Assembly (NCBI GenBank): GCA_963674945.2
Contig: CAXXWQ010000004.1
Location: forward strand, 1,312,001 to 1,376,000
Length of the DNA: 64,000 bases
From: an uncultured Desulfosarcina sp.
Lineage (GTDB): Bacteria > Desulfobacterota > Desulfobacteria > Desulfobacterales > Desulfosarcinaceae
Reading direction: 5' to 3'
The number at the start of each line of letters is the position of its first letter. Position 1 is the first letter of the stretch. The notes below the pieces were generated by a model. It made no database searches. It worked only from the letters and a program-made list of their open reading frames with translations, and was not told where the DNA came from. This document shows, piece by piece, positions 31,138 through 40,002 of this stretch. The position numbers and the translations under genes were made by a program.

Positions 31138-31494
31138 TCAACCAAGCAGATCTTTTAACCTACGGACAGAATTGAAGATTACCTCTTTTGGGTGTTCTTC
31201 GAGTCCACCCGCCAGGTTGGAAAGTTCGGAATAAGTTTTATAGATCTCCGAACCAATTGGACTTTTTAAAGGCACGGTTTCAGCATCCTCGATGGATTTC
31301 ACAGGCAACCTGTTTTCGTACTCATGTTTGTAAAACTCCCAAAGACCATCGCTTAAGGGTTTCAATAGGGGAGCCAAGCTTACGCTTTCGTCTAATCGTT
31401 CGTCAGCACAAAGGACGATTGAATATAGGCTATAGGCATAGCGTCTTATCTCATCCAAATTATCTTCAGGCGATAATAGCTTTTCAAACATCAC
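31138..31494 (-). CDS. Hypothetical protein, translationally coupled to upstream 63-aa ORF
   Basis: 118-aa ORF; start overlaps the upstream stop (GTGATG). Confidence 0.65.
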   Translation of the reverse strand: MMFEKLLSPEDNLDEIRRYAYSLYSIVLCADERLDESVSLAPLLKPLSDGLWEFYKHEYENRLPVKSIEDAETVPLKSPIGSEIYKTYSELSNLAGGLEEHPKEVIFNSVRRLKDLLG

Positions 31495-31682
31495 GCCACC
31501 CCCTTTCCAACACGGATCATGAAGGCAACCGTAGAGCGATATTTCGGACTTTTCGGATCTTCGACGTTGAACAGGTATAGAATACAGCCGAGAGTCTCTG
31601 TTTCGTCCTGAGAACCGATGTATTCAAGGAAAAATGGTGCAATGTTGTGGAGCAGGGACAGGTTGAAAAGAATTTGCTGCAT
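31491..31682 (-). CDS. 63-aa ORF in the icd/kil position, under antisense control
   Basis: AGGAGG RBS overlapping the b2 target site, ATG at 31682. Confidence 0.65.
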   Translation of the reverse strand: MQQILFNLSLLHNIAPFFLEYIGSQDETETLGCILYLFNVEDPKSPKYRSTVAFMIRVGKGVA

Positions 31683-31743
31683 GACGGAACCTCCTTGTGG
31701 TGTGTGGTGAAGGATTACCGCCATCTTTGTCTCCAAACAAAAA

Positions 31744-31820
31744 TGGCGGCGCACACACGGTTGGAGAACCGGCCCACAAGGATACCGGCGAGCCCGAAGG
31801 CTCCCGTATATGCACCGCCA
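31744..31820 (-). ncRNA. C4 (P1/P7)/CI (P4)-type antisense RNA, 77 nt
   Basis: 17-bp closing stem, GAGCC-TTCG-GGCTC hairpin, second hairpin loop CCTTGTGG and unpaired TCTCCAA, each complementary to paired targets upstream and downstream. Confidence 0.85.
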
Positions 31821-32068
31821 AAGTATAAACATAGTACAGAAACAGAAAAACGCCATACTATGAATTGGGCGCTTATGCACCTTGTGGAAAATCCGGTCTC
31901 CAAACCGGGCAACGGAATTTGCCGTTACAGATATATTCATAGTCGATGATAGAAACCGCGTCAAGGCTTTCGACATTTTTAAGGTGGGTGCTACTTCAGA
32001 TAGCCCCCTGGGCTCAGGAGGCACCCAGGAGGCAAAAGGTGGGCAAAGGAGTCAAACACCCACCACAA

Positions 32069-32764
32069 TCAATTATAATTCGGGTTTGGATTGAGCCCGC
32101 GGGGATTGATGGCTTTTGCAATTCCCAACTGCCGATACGCCTCCTTTTCGGCATCCGGTGAGGTGCTCAATTGCCCTCCCTTTGGATTGACTGGTCCTTT
32201 GCAACGGCCCTGGAGATTTCGCCAGTTAGAAACAAACACTTGTCTAAAATCCTCAACAATTTGCCCGTTACGGATTTTAAAATAACCTTGTGGGCTGTGT
32301 TTTTTCAATTGCGCCGTAAGCTGCTCGATAGCCTTATCAATATCTTCAAGCCGTTTTTCGCGCTCGGCGTCGGAGAGGGCCTCCTCATTTTTTCCAGCGA
32401 AGAGTACATCAATTGCCTTTTCCACATCCTCCCAATCAAGCTTGATGCAAACTTTTTGCAACTGTAAATTGCGTGTCGTTCGAATCATTAGCCTTGAAAA
32501 AGGATCATTGGCCGAGCCATTGCCCTTTGCCAAGTACTTTGCCAAATAAGCTATTCTTTGATCTTCATAGGCTTGCCATGATGCTTTGTATCGTTTCAGC
32601 ATATCTTCTTTAGCTGATTGGACCTTTTTGACCTCTGAGCACTTTGAACGAATGAATTTGATTTCATCCTTAATCTCTTGGCATCTTAAAAAATCGTCAA
32701 CCCATTCATATGATGCAAGACTGTCATAATATGGTGGATGGAAGTTATATTTTACGTGTCCCAC
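32069..32764 (-). CDS. Hypothetical satellite protein
   Basis: 231-aa intact ORF with GGGGG RBS and helical/coiled character. Confidence 0.7.
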   Translation of the reverse strand: MGHVKYNFHPPYYDSLASYEWVDDFLRCQEIKDEIKFIRSKCSEVKKVQSAKEDMLKRYKASWQAYEDQRIAYLAKYLAKGNGSANDPFSRLMIRTTRNLQLQKVCIKLDWEDVEKAIDVLFAGKNEEALSDAEREKRLEDIDKAIEQLTAQLKKHSPQGYFKIRNGQIVEDFRQVFVSNWRNLQGRCKGPVNPKGGQLSTSPDAEKEAYRQLGIAKAINPRGLNPNPNYN

Positions 32765-32776
32765 GGTTACCCCCTT

Positions 32777-33067
32777 CTATTGGTTTTCTCGCTCGATATA
32801 AGCCCTATGCACGTTGGGATGAAGGCGGATTACGGTGCGCATGGCGTCCACCTTACCGCAGCCATTGCGCTCCATGTGTTCGTCCACAAGCTGCTCAAAG
32901 GACTTTGTTTCATCATCTTCTGTCCGGTCGATAGGACCGCCTCCGGATTCAAGATAAGCCTTGTGGGCCTCCGGATCGGATCGAACTACGGCTTTCATGG
33001 CCTTGGTCACGCCGCACTTGTGCTTCGTCCGGTACTCTCTGACTTGTGATTGAAAAGACTTACCCAT
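32777..33067 (-). CDS. Small protein made of two copies of a ~40-aa helical repeat
   Basis: SFQSQVREYRTKHKCGVTKAMKAVVRSDPEAHKAYLE / SFEQLVDEHMERNGCGKVDAMRTVIRLHPNVHRAYIE. Confidence 0.75.
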   Translation of the reverse strand: MGKSFQSQVREYRTKHKCGVTKAMKAVVRSDPEAHKAYLESGGGPIDRTEDDETKSFEQLVDEHMERNGCGKVDAMRTVIRLHPNVHRAYIERENQ

Positions 33068-33078
33068 TTTTTTCCTTT

Positions 33079-33630
33079 CTACGAAAAGTCGACTTTAATG
33101 CCAGGGTTGAAGCTTTGTATAAACTCTCGATGAAGTCCGGGTTGCCTCCTGGCAACTTCCTGCATAGCCGAAGTCTTGCTGCATCGTCGTTTGGCCTGGA
33201 TAGTTGCAACAGCATCCATAAAATCGTTTTCATAAACATTACTGGACTGCTCAAGGTCCTTTAACAATCCATCTCTCACTTGTTTGAGCGCACTTACCTC
33301 CCCCGATGTATTCGTTGCCACAAGTCTCAACCCTTGAAACATTTCGTTTTCACCCAGCGCATCCCGGATATTCCTAAATTGATTGAGGGAAAGCCCAGCT
33401 TGTAAAATAGCCTCGAACCGCTCACACTGTTCGGGGCCAACAAAAGCTCGAAGCAATCCGATAATACGGGTTCTCTCGGCTTTGGAACTTGCGTCCCGTA
33501 TCTCCTGGTCGGCCTCCTGACGGGCATTTTCATAGATTTCACGGGCCTCCGCCTCATAAGGTGTCCCAATAAATTGAGCCAGCACGTCATTTTCTGAATC
33601 AGGTTTCTTTGGAAATTCAATTGTTTTCAT
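33079..33630 (-). CDS. Hypothetical protein, possible capsid-scaffold-like
   Basis: Coiled region with AERTRIIGLL and a C-terminal copy of the same ~40-aa repeat. Confidence 0.6.
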   Translation of the reverse strand: MKTIEFPKKPDSENDVLAQFIGTPYEAEAREIYENARQEADQEIRDASSKAERTRIIGLLRAFVGPEQCERFEAILQAGLSLNQFRNIRDALGENEMFQGLRLVATNTSGEVSALKQVRDGLLKDLEQSSNVYENDFMDAVATIQAKRRCSKTSAMQEVARRQPGLHREFIQSFNPGIKVDFS

Positions 33631-33722
33631 GCCTGCCCTTTCTTTTTGGATGGAAAAATGATTTGAAGTTTTTCCCTGATGATATCGAATCGATTCCCAA
33701 AAGTCTGGCAAGCCAGTCCATC

Positions 33723-33953
33723 TCAGTCCACCTCAGTCCCATTTTTTTCATGAATGTACGTCCCATTTTCCAATTGATAGGATTGGATGATTTTGTCGAT
33801 GTATGTATCCAGAGATTTTGAAGTGATTCGGACAGAACTTCCAATTTTGCCGCCTTCAAGCTTGCCAGCAGCCAAGAGTCGCCGGATGGTTTTCGGATGA
33901 CAGCTCAAAATTTCGGCTGCTTCATCAACCGTTAACAATCTTTTCACCGCCAC
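33723..33953 (-). CDS. Excisionase-family (HTH_17) DNA-binding protein
   Basis: LLTVDEAAEILSCHPKTIRRLLAAGKL..KIGSSVRI. Confidence 0.88.
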   Translation of the reverse strand: MAVKRLLTVDEAAEILSCHPKTIRRLLAAGKLEGGKIGSSVRITSKSLDTYIDKIIQSYQLENGTYIHEKNGTEVD

Positions 33954-33988
33954 CCCCTATTTTCTATCCAAAGGGAAAAGCTCGAACC

Positions 33989-34292
33989 ATCGCAAAAGGA
34001 CTTGCGACCATTGTGTGAGGATCGAAAATCCGGAAAAAAGCCCAAAACGTTCTTTTTCTAAAAAAATCCAGTTCCTTATAATATATTACATATATTCTTT
34101 TGCGATGATGCGATGATTTTTCTAGTAAGTTTACTATAGAAAAATGTAAAAAATAGGATTTGGAGTTTATAGCAGGGGTAGTCGCATCCTCGCAGGTGAA
34201 GGGATTGAAAAATGACTTAACAACTTGTAATTTATTATAAAAGTACATTTTTTTAAGATTTTGTCCTATTTTTGATCCCCGCAATCCTCGCA
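33989..34292. other. Candidate replication origin (iterons plus AT-rich DNA)
   Basis: TCGCA/TGCGA pentamers at 33990, 34003, 34101, 34109, 34182, 34190 and 34288 around AT-rich tracts, directly downstream of the helicase gene. Confidence 0.55.
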
Positions 34293-35915
34293 TCATATCC
34301 CGAACGGTGCATCGTCGGCCGTCGTTCCCATCGGCCGACCACCACTTGGGCCAGTTGGTGCCTGATCTTTCCAATTAGTGAGTAAACCGATTCCCCGGTA
34401 CCAAACCAGCCGATCCGGTACTCTTTCAAATCTTTTACCCAGGATCGTCCCGAACCGCTTCTGACTGATCGGCGTGTTGGAAATGTTTTCCAACCACCAC
34501 TCGCTGAAATTGTTGAAAAGATCCTTTGCACCTCCCCAGGCCTCATCATGAACGATGCAATTGGCCGAAAGCCACTCCCCGATCAAATCCTCTTCGGCCT
34601 GGTATTTTGCGGTAGCGTCACGAACCATCGCAGGTGGATCAAGCCCACGCTTCTGCCACTCTAAGCATCCGCGAATCATCCACGCCAAGATTCCACTGGC
34701 CTCGGCTTTGAGCTTTTCCGGCAGCGCCTTGTCCATCGGGAATTCATTGGGGTTTTGCGGATCATGATCGACAAAAACAGCATTGAAGGGTACCAGGTGC
34801 ATACGCCGCCAGAAGGCATAATCGTTGGCCGGCGCCCGTGGTTTGTCGTTGCAAATCAGAACGATCTTATGGGTTGGTGTGAAAGTGATTGGGTGTTTGT
34901 CGTGAGGATTTCTCCCGGTGAGTGAGTCGCCTCCGGTAAACCGTTTGACCGCCGACGCTGAAAACTTACGGCCATCATCGCTTTCGCTGGCCAAGGCCAG
35001 CCGTAAGCCTTTGAGCGCCATTATATCAGGCGAAGGCCCGGCGCTGTTTCTTATTCGGCCCTGGTCAAGCAGCATCTCAGGCTGTAAGACAGACGCGAGA
35101 GGTCCCATGACGTACTTGATCGTTTCGACTTCTGTTCCCTTGCCATTGCGTCCATCACCATAGAAGACCGGAAAAATGTGCTCACTGATATCACCGGTGG
35201 TAAAGTATCCTGCTAACCGCCTATGGTAGTTTTCCATTTCAACCATGGATAAGGTGACATCTTTCAAAAAACGGTCCCAGGTTGGCGCTGGATGATCGAT
35301 TCCTAAAAATTCAATTGGACTTGCCAACAGAATATTGTCTTCCGGCCTGCCTGGTCGCCCTTCTCCAGTTCGTAGGTCGATCACGCAGTTGGCGCAGCCA
35401 AGCAGCATCGGATCACGATCAAGCCTTTCAGACTCAATAACGATTCGATTATATTTGTTATTTGATGCAAAGCTCAGTGTTGATGATCGACCGTGCTCAC
35501 TCCTCAAGCGCTTAACCTGTTTGAAGATTTCGCTCTGGATGCGCTGGTAAAATGCAACCAACTTTTTATCTTCAGCCTCAGTTGCTTCAGAAATTTGATA
35601 TGCCGCGACATGAATCTGTTTGAGAAGCCAAATGACAACATCTTCAACAGAAGCCCGTGCCCTGCCAGTTGTGTCTCTCTTCCAGTGGTGGCCCTGCCAT
35701 TCAAGCCACTCGTCGGAAGTCGCATTGAAAATAAAACGCCCTTCAAACATATCCGCAAAGACCAGCCCACAGAATTGCTCACCACCATTGAGGATGTCGG
35801 TTATCTTGACCGTCCGAACCTGGTTAGCTTCCGGTTCTTCCTGGCCTTTGTCGGCAGCCTCTTCTTGGGCAACGCGGGCTTGAACTTTCCTTTTGATATC
35901 GTCAATCTCACTCAC
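34293..35915 (-). CDS. P4-family/D5-like SF3 helicase (phage/plasmid primase C-terminal type)
   Basis: D5_N-like (WLEWQGHHWKRD, LLGCANCVIDLRTG), Walker A GDGRNGKGT, KRFTGGDSLTGR, CNDKP, FWRRMHLVPF; GTG start at 35915 inferred. Confidence 0.9.
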   Translation of the reverse strand: MSEIDDIKRKVQARVAQEEAADKGQEEPEANQVRTVKITDILNGGEQFCGLVFADMFEGRFIFNATSDEWLEWQGHHWKRDTTGRARASVEDVVIWLLKQIHVAAYQISEATEAEDKKLVAFYQRIQSEIFKQVKRLRSEHGRSSTLSFASNNKYNRIVIESERLDRDPMLLGCANCVIDLRTGEGRPGRPEDNILLASPIEFLGIDHPAPTWDRFLKDVTLSMVEMENYHRRLAGYFTTGDISEHIFPVFYGDGRNGKGTEVETIKYVMGPLASVLQPEMLLDQGRIRNSAGPSPDIMALKGLRLALASESDDGRKFSASAVKRFTGGDSLTGRNPHDKHPITFTPTHKIVLICNDKPRAPANDYAFWRRMHLVPFNAVFVDHDPQNPNEFPMDKALPEKLKAEASGILAWMIRGCLEWQKRGLDPPAMVRDATAKYQAEEDLIGEWLSANCIVHDEAWGGAKDLFNNFSEWWLENISNTPISQKRFGTILGKRFERVPDRLVWYRGIGLLTNWKDQAPTGPSGGRPMGTTADDAPFGI

Positions 35916-36480
35916 GGAGTGCGGCCTCCTTGTACGGACACTGGTTACACCAATCACCGTTTGGGTTGCGGCGGACCACAATTTTGATCTCATCCAGATG
36001 ACCGAGCTCGTCAAGCAGGTGCTCCACTTGTTTTAAGTAGAAGTCGTAGAGCAAATGGCCCTTTTCATGCTTACCGCCGACGATGATAATGGCATCCATT
36101 ATCGTTGTGCGGAACATGGTCTTCAGGCTTGCATCGAAAACCCCAATTGCCATAGCCTGGTTCAGTTCCACTTGAGAGCGCTCGACATACTTGCCTGCAA
36201 GTAGCTTGTTACGCATTTCTTGCTCTTCAGCCTTAGCTAGCAGCAGCCGGTTTTTTAGATCCAGGTTTTCAGTAGCGCTTTTCGGCGGGCGCTTATCGGT
36301 GAAAGGCAGGGGCTTTTTTTTAGCGTATTTGAGAAGGGATTTTTTGGGATATCTCCCACCTACACTTTCGATCAACCCAGGACGCTTGAGGTCTGAATAG
36401 AACGTTGAGCGGCTTACTTTGAACCCCTCGGCTTTCAAAAAAGCAATTGCTTCAGCTGCATTCAGTGTCTCTTCTGTCAT
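35908..36480 (-). CDS. Putative Nu1-like terminase small subunit / packaging protein
   Basis: N-terminal winged-HTH-like region, then coiled coil RLLLAKAEEQEMRNKLLAGKYVERSQV resembling lambda Nu1-type proteins. Confidence 0.55.
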   Translation of the reverse strand: MTEETLNAAEAIAFLKAEGFKVSRSTFYSDLKRPGLIESVGGRYPKKSLLKYAKKKPLPFTDKRPPKSATENLDLKNRLLLAKAEEQEMRNKLLAGKYVERSQVELNQAMAIGVFDASLKTMFRTTIMDAIIIVGGKHEKGHLLYDFYLKQVEHLLDELGHLDEIKIVVRRNPNGDWCNQCPYKEAALRE

Positions 36481-36656
36481 CTGTCCAATTTTCCGAGTTT
36501 TTTAGAAATTTCAAATGGATACGCCGATCGAGCCTTAGTCCGCCGCTCCATGGTATATTCCAGGAAGGACCCGCGAGGTCTACCCATCGATAGCTGTCGA
36601 TGCAGGGTTCATTGACCATTTGGCCGGAGAAAAATATGGGGGCGTGGGGGTTTCTC

Positions 36657-36863
36657 TCACCCATGGTTAAGATCCTCCACTTTGATACCTGGTGCATTCT
36701 GTATCCACCGCACTATCTCCGAGCGAATGAATAGCAGCCTACCGCCCGGTTTCCTGAAGGGTATCGCTCGACGCAATACAAGGTTGCGAACAGCGCCAGG
36801 CGATCTCTGGATCATCTCGGCGCATTGGTTGGTGTCCATGTATTCAGGCGGTAGCTGTTTCAT
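36657..36863 (-). CDS. AlpA/excisionase-like HTH protein
   Basis: YMDTNQCAEMIQRSPGAVRNLVLRRAIPFRKPGGRLLFIRSEIVRWI. Confidence 0.85.
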   Translation of the reverse strand: MKQLPPEYMDTNQCAEMIQRSPGAVRNLVLRRAIPFRKPGGRLLFIRSEIVRWIQNAPGIKVEDLNHG

Positions 36864-36879
36864 TTCCCTTCATCCAAAT

Positions 36880-36929
36880 AAAAAGGCCCGATGACAGAAC
36901 GGTTTCAAACCGTTTCCATCACCGGGCCT
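36880..36929 (-). terminator. Long hairpin plus U-tract just upstream of the alpA-like gene
   Basis: AGGCCCGGTGATGG-AAACGGTTTGAAACCGTTC-TGTCATCGGGCCT followed by a T-run on the minus strand. Confidence 0.6.
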
Positions 36930-36973
36930 GTCAAGAATCCTATAAAAAGGGCTTGAGTGGTATCCGGTACCCG

Positions 36974-37132
36974 CTAAATGGTTCTGGATTTTATATCGAC
37001 ATCAATCTCCTGGGCATGGCGAATCCCGCCTTCGTGAAGCGACAACCGCAAAAAAACTTCACCAGAACGTCTTTTTGATTTAAGTTCTTTTATAAATTCC
37101 ATCAGTCGATCTTCTGGGCTCTTACTCTTCAT
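36974..37132 (-). CDS. Small hypothetical protein (YezD/DUF2292-like pattern)
   Basis: 52 aa, SGEVFLRLSLHEGGIRH. Confidence 0.5.
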   Translation of the reverse strand: MKSKSPEDRLMEFIKELKSKRRSGEVFLRLSLHEGGIRHAQEIDVDIKSRTI

Positions 37133-37170
37133 TTCACAAATCCCCTTTGAATTTTGAACCTTTCTAACTA

Positions 37171-37404
37171 TCAAAAAATCTTTTCAAGATACTTGTTAGC
37201 AGCATCTTTGTTTGGGAATACATAGCAAAGTAGGCCATTAGCACCGGATTTCTTGATCTTTTCCCACTGTCGTTCCCTTGCCCACTTCGCAATAACGGGA
37301 CCCTCATAACTTGGCCTTCCGGTTTCAACATTAAAAATGTTGGAAGTGATATATAAATCTTGTGAAAGCCCCATCAAGAAGCCCTTAGTTAATTTGCCGT
37401 GCAT
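37171..37404 (-). CDS. Small hypothetical protein
   Basis: AAGGAG RBS, 77 aa. Confidence 0.55.
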   Translation of the reverse strand: MHGKLTKGFLMGLSQDLYITSNIFNVETGRPSYEGPVIAKWARERQWEKIKKSGANGLLCYVFPNKDAANKYLEKIF

Positions 37405-37432
37405 GATTATCTCCTTTAATGCAGCGACTTGG

Positions 37433-38167
37433 TTATTTACTGTAAACAACCTTGTGAATTTCGTCGATGAAATCCCATCCGATTTCTTCAAATGTTCGCT
37501 CCCAAAAAGCATCTTCATCGAAATACATTTCGATTTGGTATTGAACATCCGAAACAGCCTTCCCAAGATTTAAGGCATGTGCCAAATCCTTGGTTTTGAG
37601 GGTTTGAGCCATAAGCATTAATTCTACGAATTCATCCGGAACCCTTTCAAAACTATCTTTTTCAATCACAGGGAAGCTCAATATCGTATTATGACCCTTC
37701 CAGTCTTGCTCAGAACAAAACCAAAGAAAAACACTACCATTTGGCTCCATTTCTTTCATTTTATTGAAAAATTTAGGTTGAATGATTTCCTTCTCTTCCG
37801 GTGACGCATCCAGATGGTCCGTTAGAAAATCCCATAGCGCACTGATTATGGTAAGTTTATGAATAATACCCTTTGATTCAGCATACCCTATTAATTTGAC
37901 AAGCTGTTTTTGGTCTATTTCGTCGATCATTTTGGCAACGGTTTTTCTGTCAAATCCAGAAGTCTTTAAGGTCTTGAACACCCCCAACTTATATAGGTCA
38001 TTTATTCCAAGCGTATGCGCAGGCCTCCCACGGCCACCAGACTTTTCACCTTCCTTTGGTTCGACGGCATCAAGGAAGCCAAGCCACTTGTTCAGCTCGT
38101 TTGTTGAAAGACTCAAAATGGCTTGAGCCTCTTTTTTGGAATATGTTCTAGAAAAGTCAAAACTCAT
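37433..38167 (-). CDS. MerR-like HTH regulator
   Basis: TYSKKEAQAILSLSTNELNKWL...GRGRPAHTLGINDLYKLGVFKTLKTSGF. Confidence 0.7.
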   Translation of the reverse strand: MSFDFSRTYSKKEAQAILSLSTNELNKWLGFLDAVEPKEGEKSGGRGRPAHTLGINDLYKLGVFKTLKTSGFDRKTVAKMIDEIDQKQLVKLIGYAESKGIIHKLTIISALWDFLTDHLDASPEEKEIIQPKFFNKMKEMEPNGSVFLWFCSEQDWKGHNTILSFPVIEKDSFERVPDEFVELMLMAQTLKTKDLAHALNLGKAVSDVQYQIEMYFDEDAFWERTFEEIGWDFIDEIHKVVYSK

Positions 38168-38362
38168 GATTTTTTCTCCACTCTGGATATTTAATAGACC
38201 ATCAAATAGTCATAGTCAAGTTTTTTTATCCAATGCGGATATTAATTAAAAATAGATAGGCTGAGGTGTTGTGGATTTTGATGGGACTTCATCGGCGAAA
38301 AGGGTACTTTTTGAGTATTTCTGTACTCTGAGTGATGTTTGCAGGTGAGAACTATGAAAAGC

Positions 38363-38389
38363 AAAAGGAGCCTTGTAAAGGCTCCTTTT
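38363..38389. terminator. Bidirectional intrinsic terminator downstream of the tRNA operon, inside the element
   Basis: AAAAGGAGCCTT-GTA-AAGGCTCCTTTT. Confidence 0.8.
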
Positions 38390-38423
38390 CTTTATAAATA
38401 TTCGGAATTTTGGGGCTTAGTTT

Positions 38424-38498
<75 letters not shown>

Positions 38499-38509
38499 CA
38501 TAAAAAAAA

Positions 38510-38584
38510 TGGAGCGGGAAACGGGATTTGAACCCGCGACTTCGACCTTGGCAAGGTCGCACTCTACCACTGAGTTATTCCCGC
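38510..38584 (-). tRNA. tRNA-Gly (GCC)
   Basis: GCGGGAATAACTCAGTGGTAGAGT...CGACC-TTGCCAA-GGTCG...TTCAAATC...TCCCGCTCCA. Confidence 0.98.
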
Positions 38585-38637
38585 TCAGTTGAAATGGCAT
38601 TTTTATCGGTTTAACGTGTGCATGTCAACTGCAAATT

Positions 38638-39201
38638 TCATCCGCGGAGCAATTTTCTGAACCGCAAAAAGTAGTCCGTTCCCGACCAGAGCGTTAAAAC
38701 GAGTGCACACCAGAGAAAGAACATGCCCACCGCCTGAAAGTCGAACCCGAATGCCGGGTAGTGGAGCATCAGGGGAATGATGGCCGCGATTTGAAACCCG
38801 GTTTTGTACTTTCCGAGAACCGATGCAGAGACATCCATTTCATTTTGGGCGATGATGTTGCGCAAACCGCTGATGGCCAATTCACGCCCGATGATGACAC
38901 AGGCGATCCATGCAGGCATCCACCCCAAAGCCGACAGCATGATGAGCGAAAAGGAGACCAGCAGCTTGTCGGCCACGGGATCCATCACCTTCCCGAGATT
39001 GGAAACCAGTCCGTATCGCCGGGCAAGGTATCCGTCGAAATAGTCGGTGATGGCGGCGGCGCTGAAGATCACTCCGGCAAGAAAACCGGTAAGCCGGTTT
39101 GGCATCATCAACAACACCACGATGATCGGTGCCGAAAGGATTCGAAACAGCGTCAGCGTGTTGGGATGGGTGAGAAGTGATTGGACGGGCCTGTTTTTCA
39201 T
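38638..39201 (-). CDS. pgsA: CDP-diacylglycerol--glycerol-3-phosphate 3-phosphatidyltransferase
   Basis: PNTLTLFR, TDYFDGYLARR..GKVMDPVADK; conserved pgsA-tRNA-Gly-tRNA-Cys order. Confidence 0.96.
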   Translation of the reverse strand: MKNRPVQSLLTHPNTLTLFRILSAPIIVVLLMMPNRLTGFLAGVIFSAAAITDYFDGYLARRYGLVSNLGKVMDPVADKLLVSFSLIMLSALGWMPAWIACVIIGRELAISGLRNIIAQNEMDVSASVLGKYKTGFQIAAIIPLMLHYPAFGFDFQAVGMFFLWCALVLTLWSGTDYFLRFRKLLRG

Positions 39202-39252
39202 GATGCGTCGCCTGTTATCTCATTTGGGTGAATTGTGGCTTCGCTTTTTCCT

Positions 39253-39897
39253 CTATTTTTTCGCCTTTTCCCAGTCCGCCAAGAAGGCGTCGAGCCCCTT
39301 GTCCGTCTGCGGATGGGCCGCCAGCTTGCTCAGCACGTTAAAGGGAATGGTGCAGATGTCCGCTCCGGCCATCGCGGCATCTAACACGTGCAGCGGATTC
39401 CGGATGCTGGCCACGATAATCTCCGTATCGTAGGAGTAATTGGCGTAAATCTCCACGATCTGCTCCACAAGCAGCATGCCGTTTTGGGCGATGTCGTCCA
39501 GCCGTCCCACGAAGGGGCTGACATAGGTCGCCCCGGCCTTGGCCGCCATGAGTGCCTGAAGGGGGGAGAAGACCAGGGTGACATTGGTCTTGATGCCTTC
39601 TTCGGTAAGCTGCCGGGTCGCCTTGAGCCCCTCCACCGTCATGGGAATCTTGATGACGATATTCTCGTGAATCTTGGAGAGTGGTCTTGCCTCATCGACC
39701 ATGCCTGCTGCTTCCAGGCTGATCACCTCGGCGCTGATGGGACCATCCACGATCTCGCAGATCTCTTTGATCACATCCTCAAATACCCGTCCCGACTTGG
39801 CGATCAGTGAGGGATTGGTGGTCACCCCGTCGACCATGCCCATGCTATGGGCCTCTTTGATTTCATCCACGTTGGCGGTATCGATAAAAAATTTCAT
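39253..39897 (-). CDS. fsa: Transaldolase/fructose-6-phosphate aldolase (TalC/MipB family)
   Basis: [38 protein letters not shown]. Confidence 0.93.
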   Translation of the reverse strand: MKFFIDTANVDEIKEAHSMGMVDGVTTNPSLIAKSGRVFEDVIKEICEIVDGPISAEVISLEAAGMVDEARPLSKIHENIVIKIPMTVEGLKATRQLTEEGIKTNVTLVFSPLQALMAAKAGATYVSPFVGRLDDIAQNGMLLVEQIVEIYANYSYDTEIIVASIRNPLHVLDAAMAGADICTIPFNVLSKLAAHPQTDKGLDAFLADWEKAKK

Positions 39898-40002
39898 TCT
39901 TCACATTCCTTTTTCCGTCTGGTAAGGTGTTGAAAATTATCAGTATACTATTTTCGCGTCTATTCACGCCCGGACAAACGCAGGAAATCTGGAATTGTAT
40001 CC

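Noticed and set aside
31624..32024. 177-aa and 65-aa Ash-like ORFs over the antisense region
   Set aside because: They overlap the structured RNA and its targets. The strong RBS points to ATG 31682, so these are treated as by-products of the RNA structure.
33964..34374. 136-aa ORF downstream of the helicase
   Set aside because: It overlaps the AT-rich iteron region and has low-complexity Phe/Lys-rich composition; better explained as an origin.
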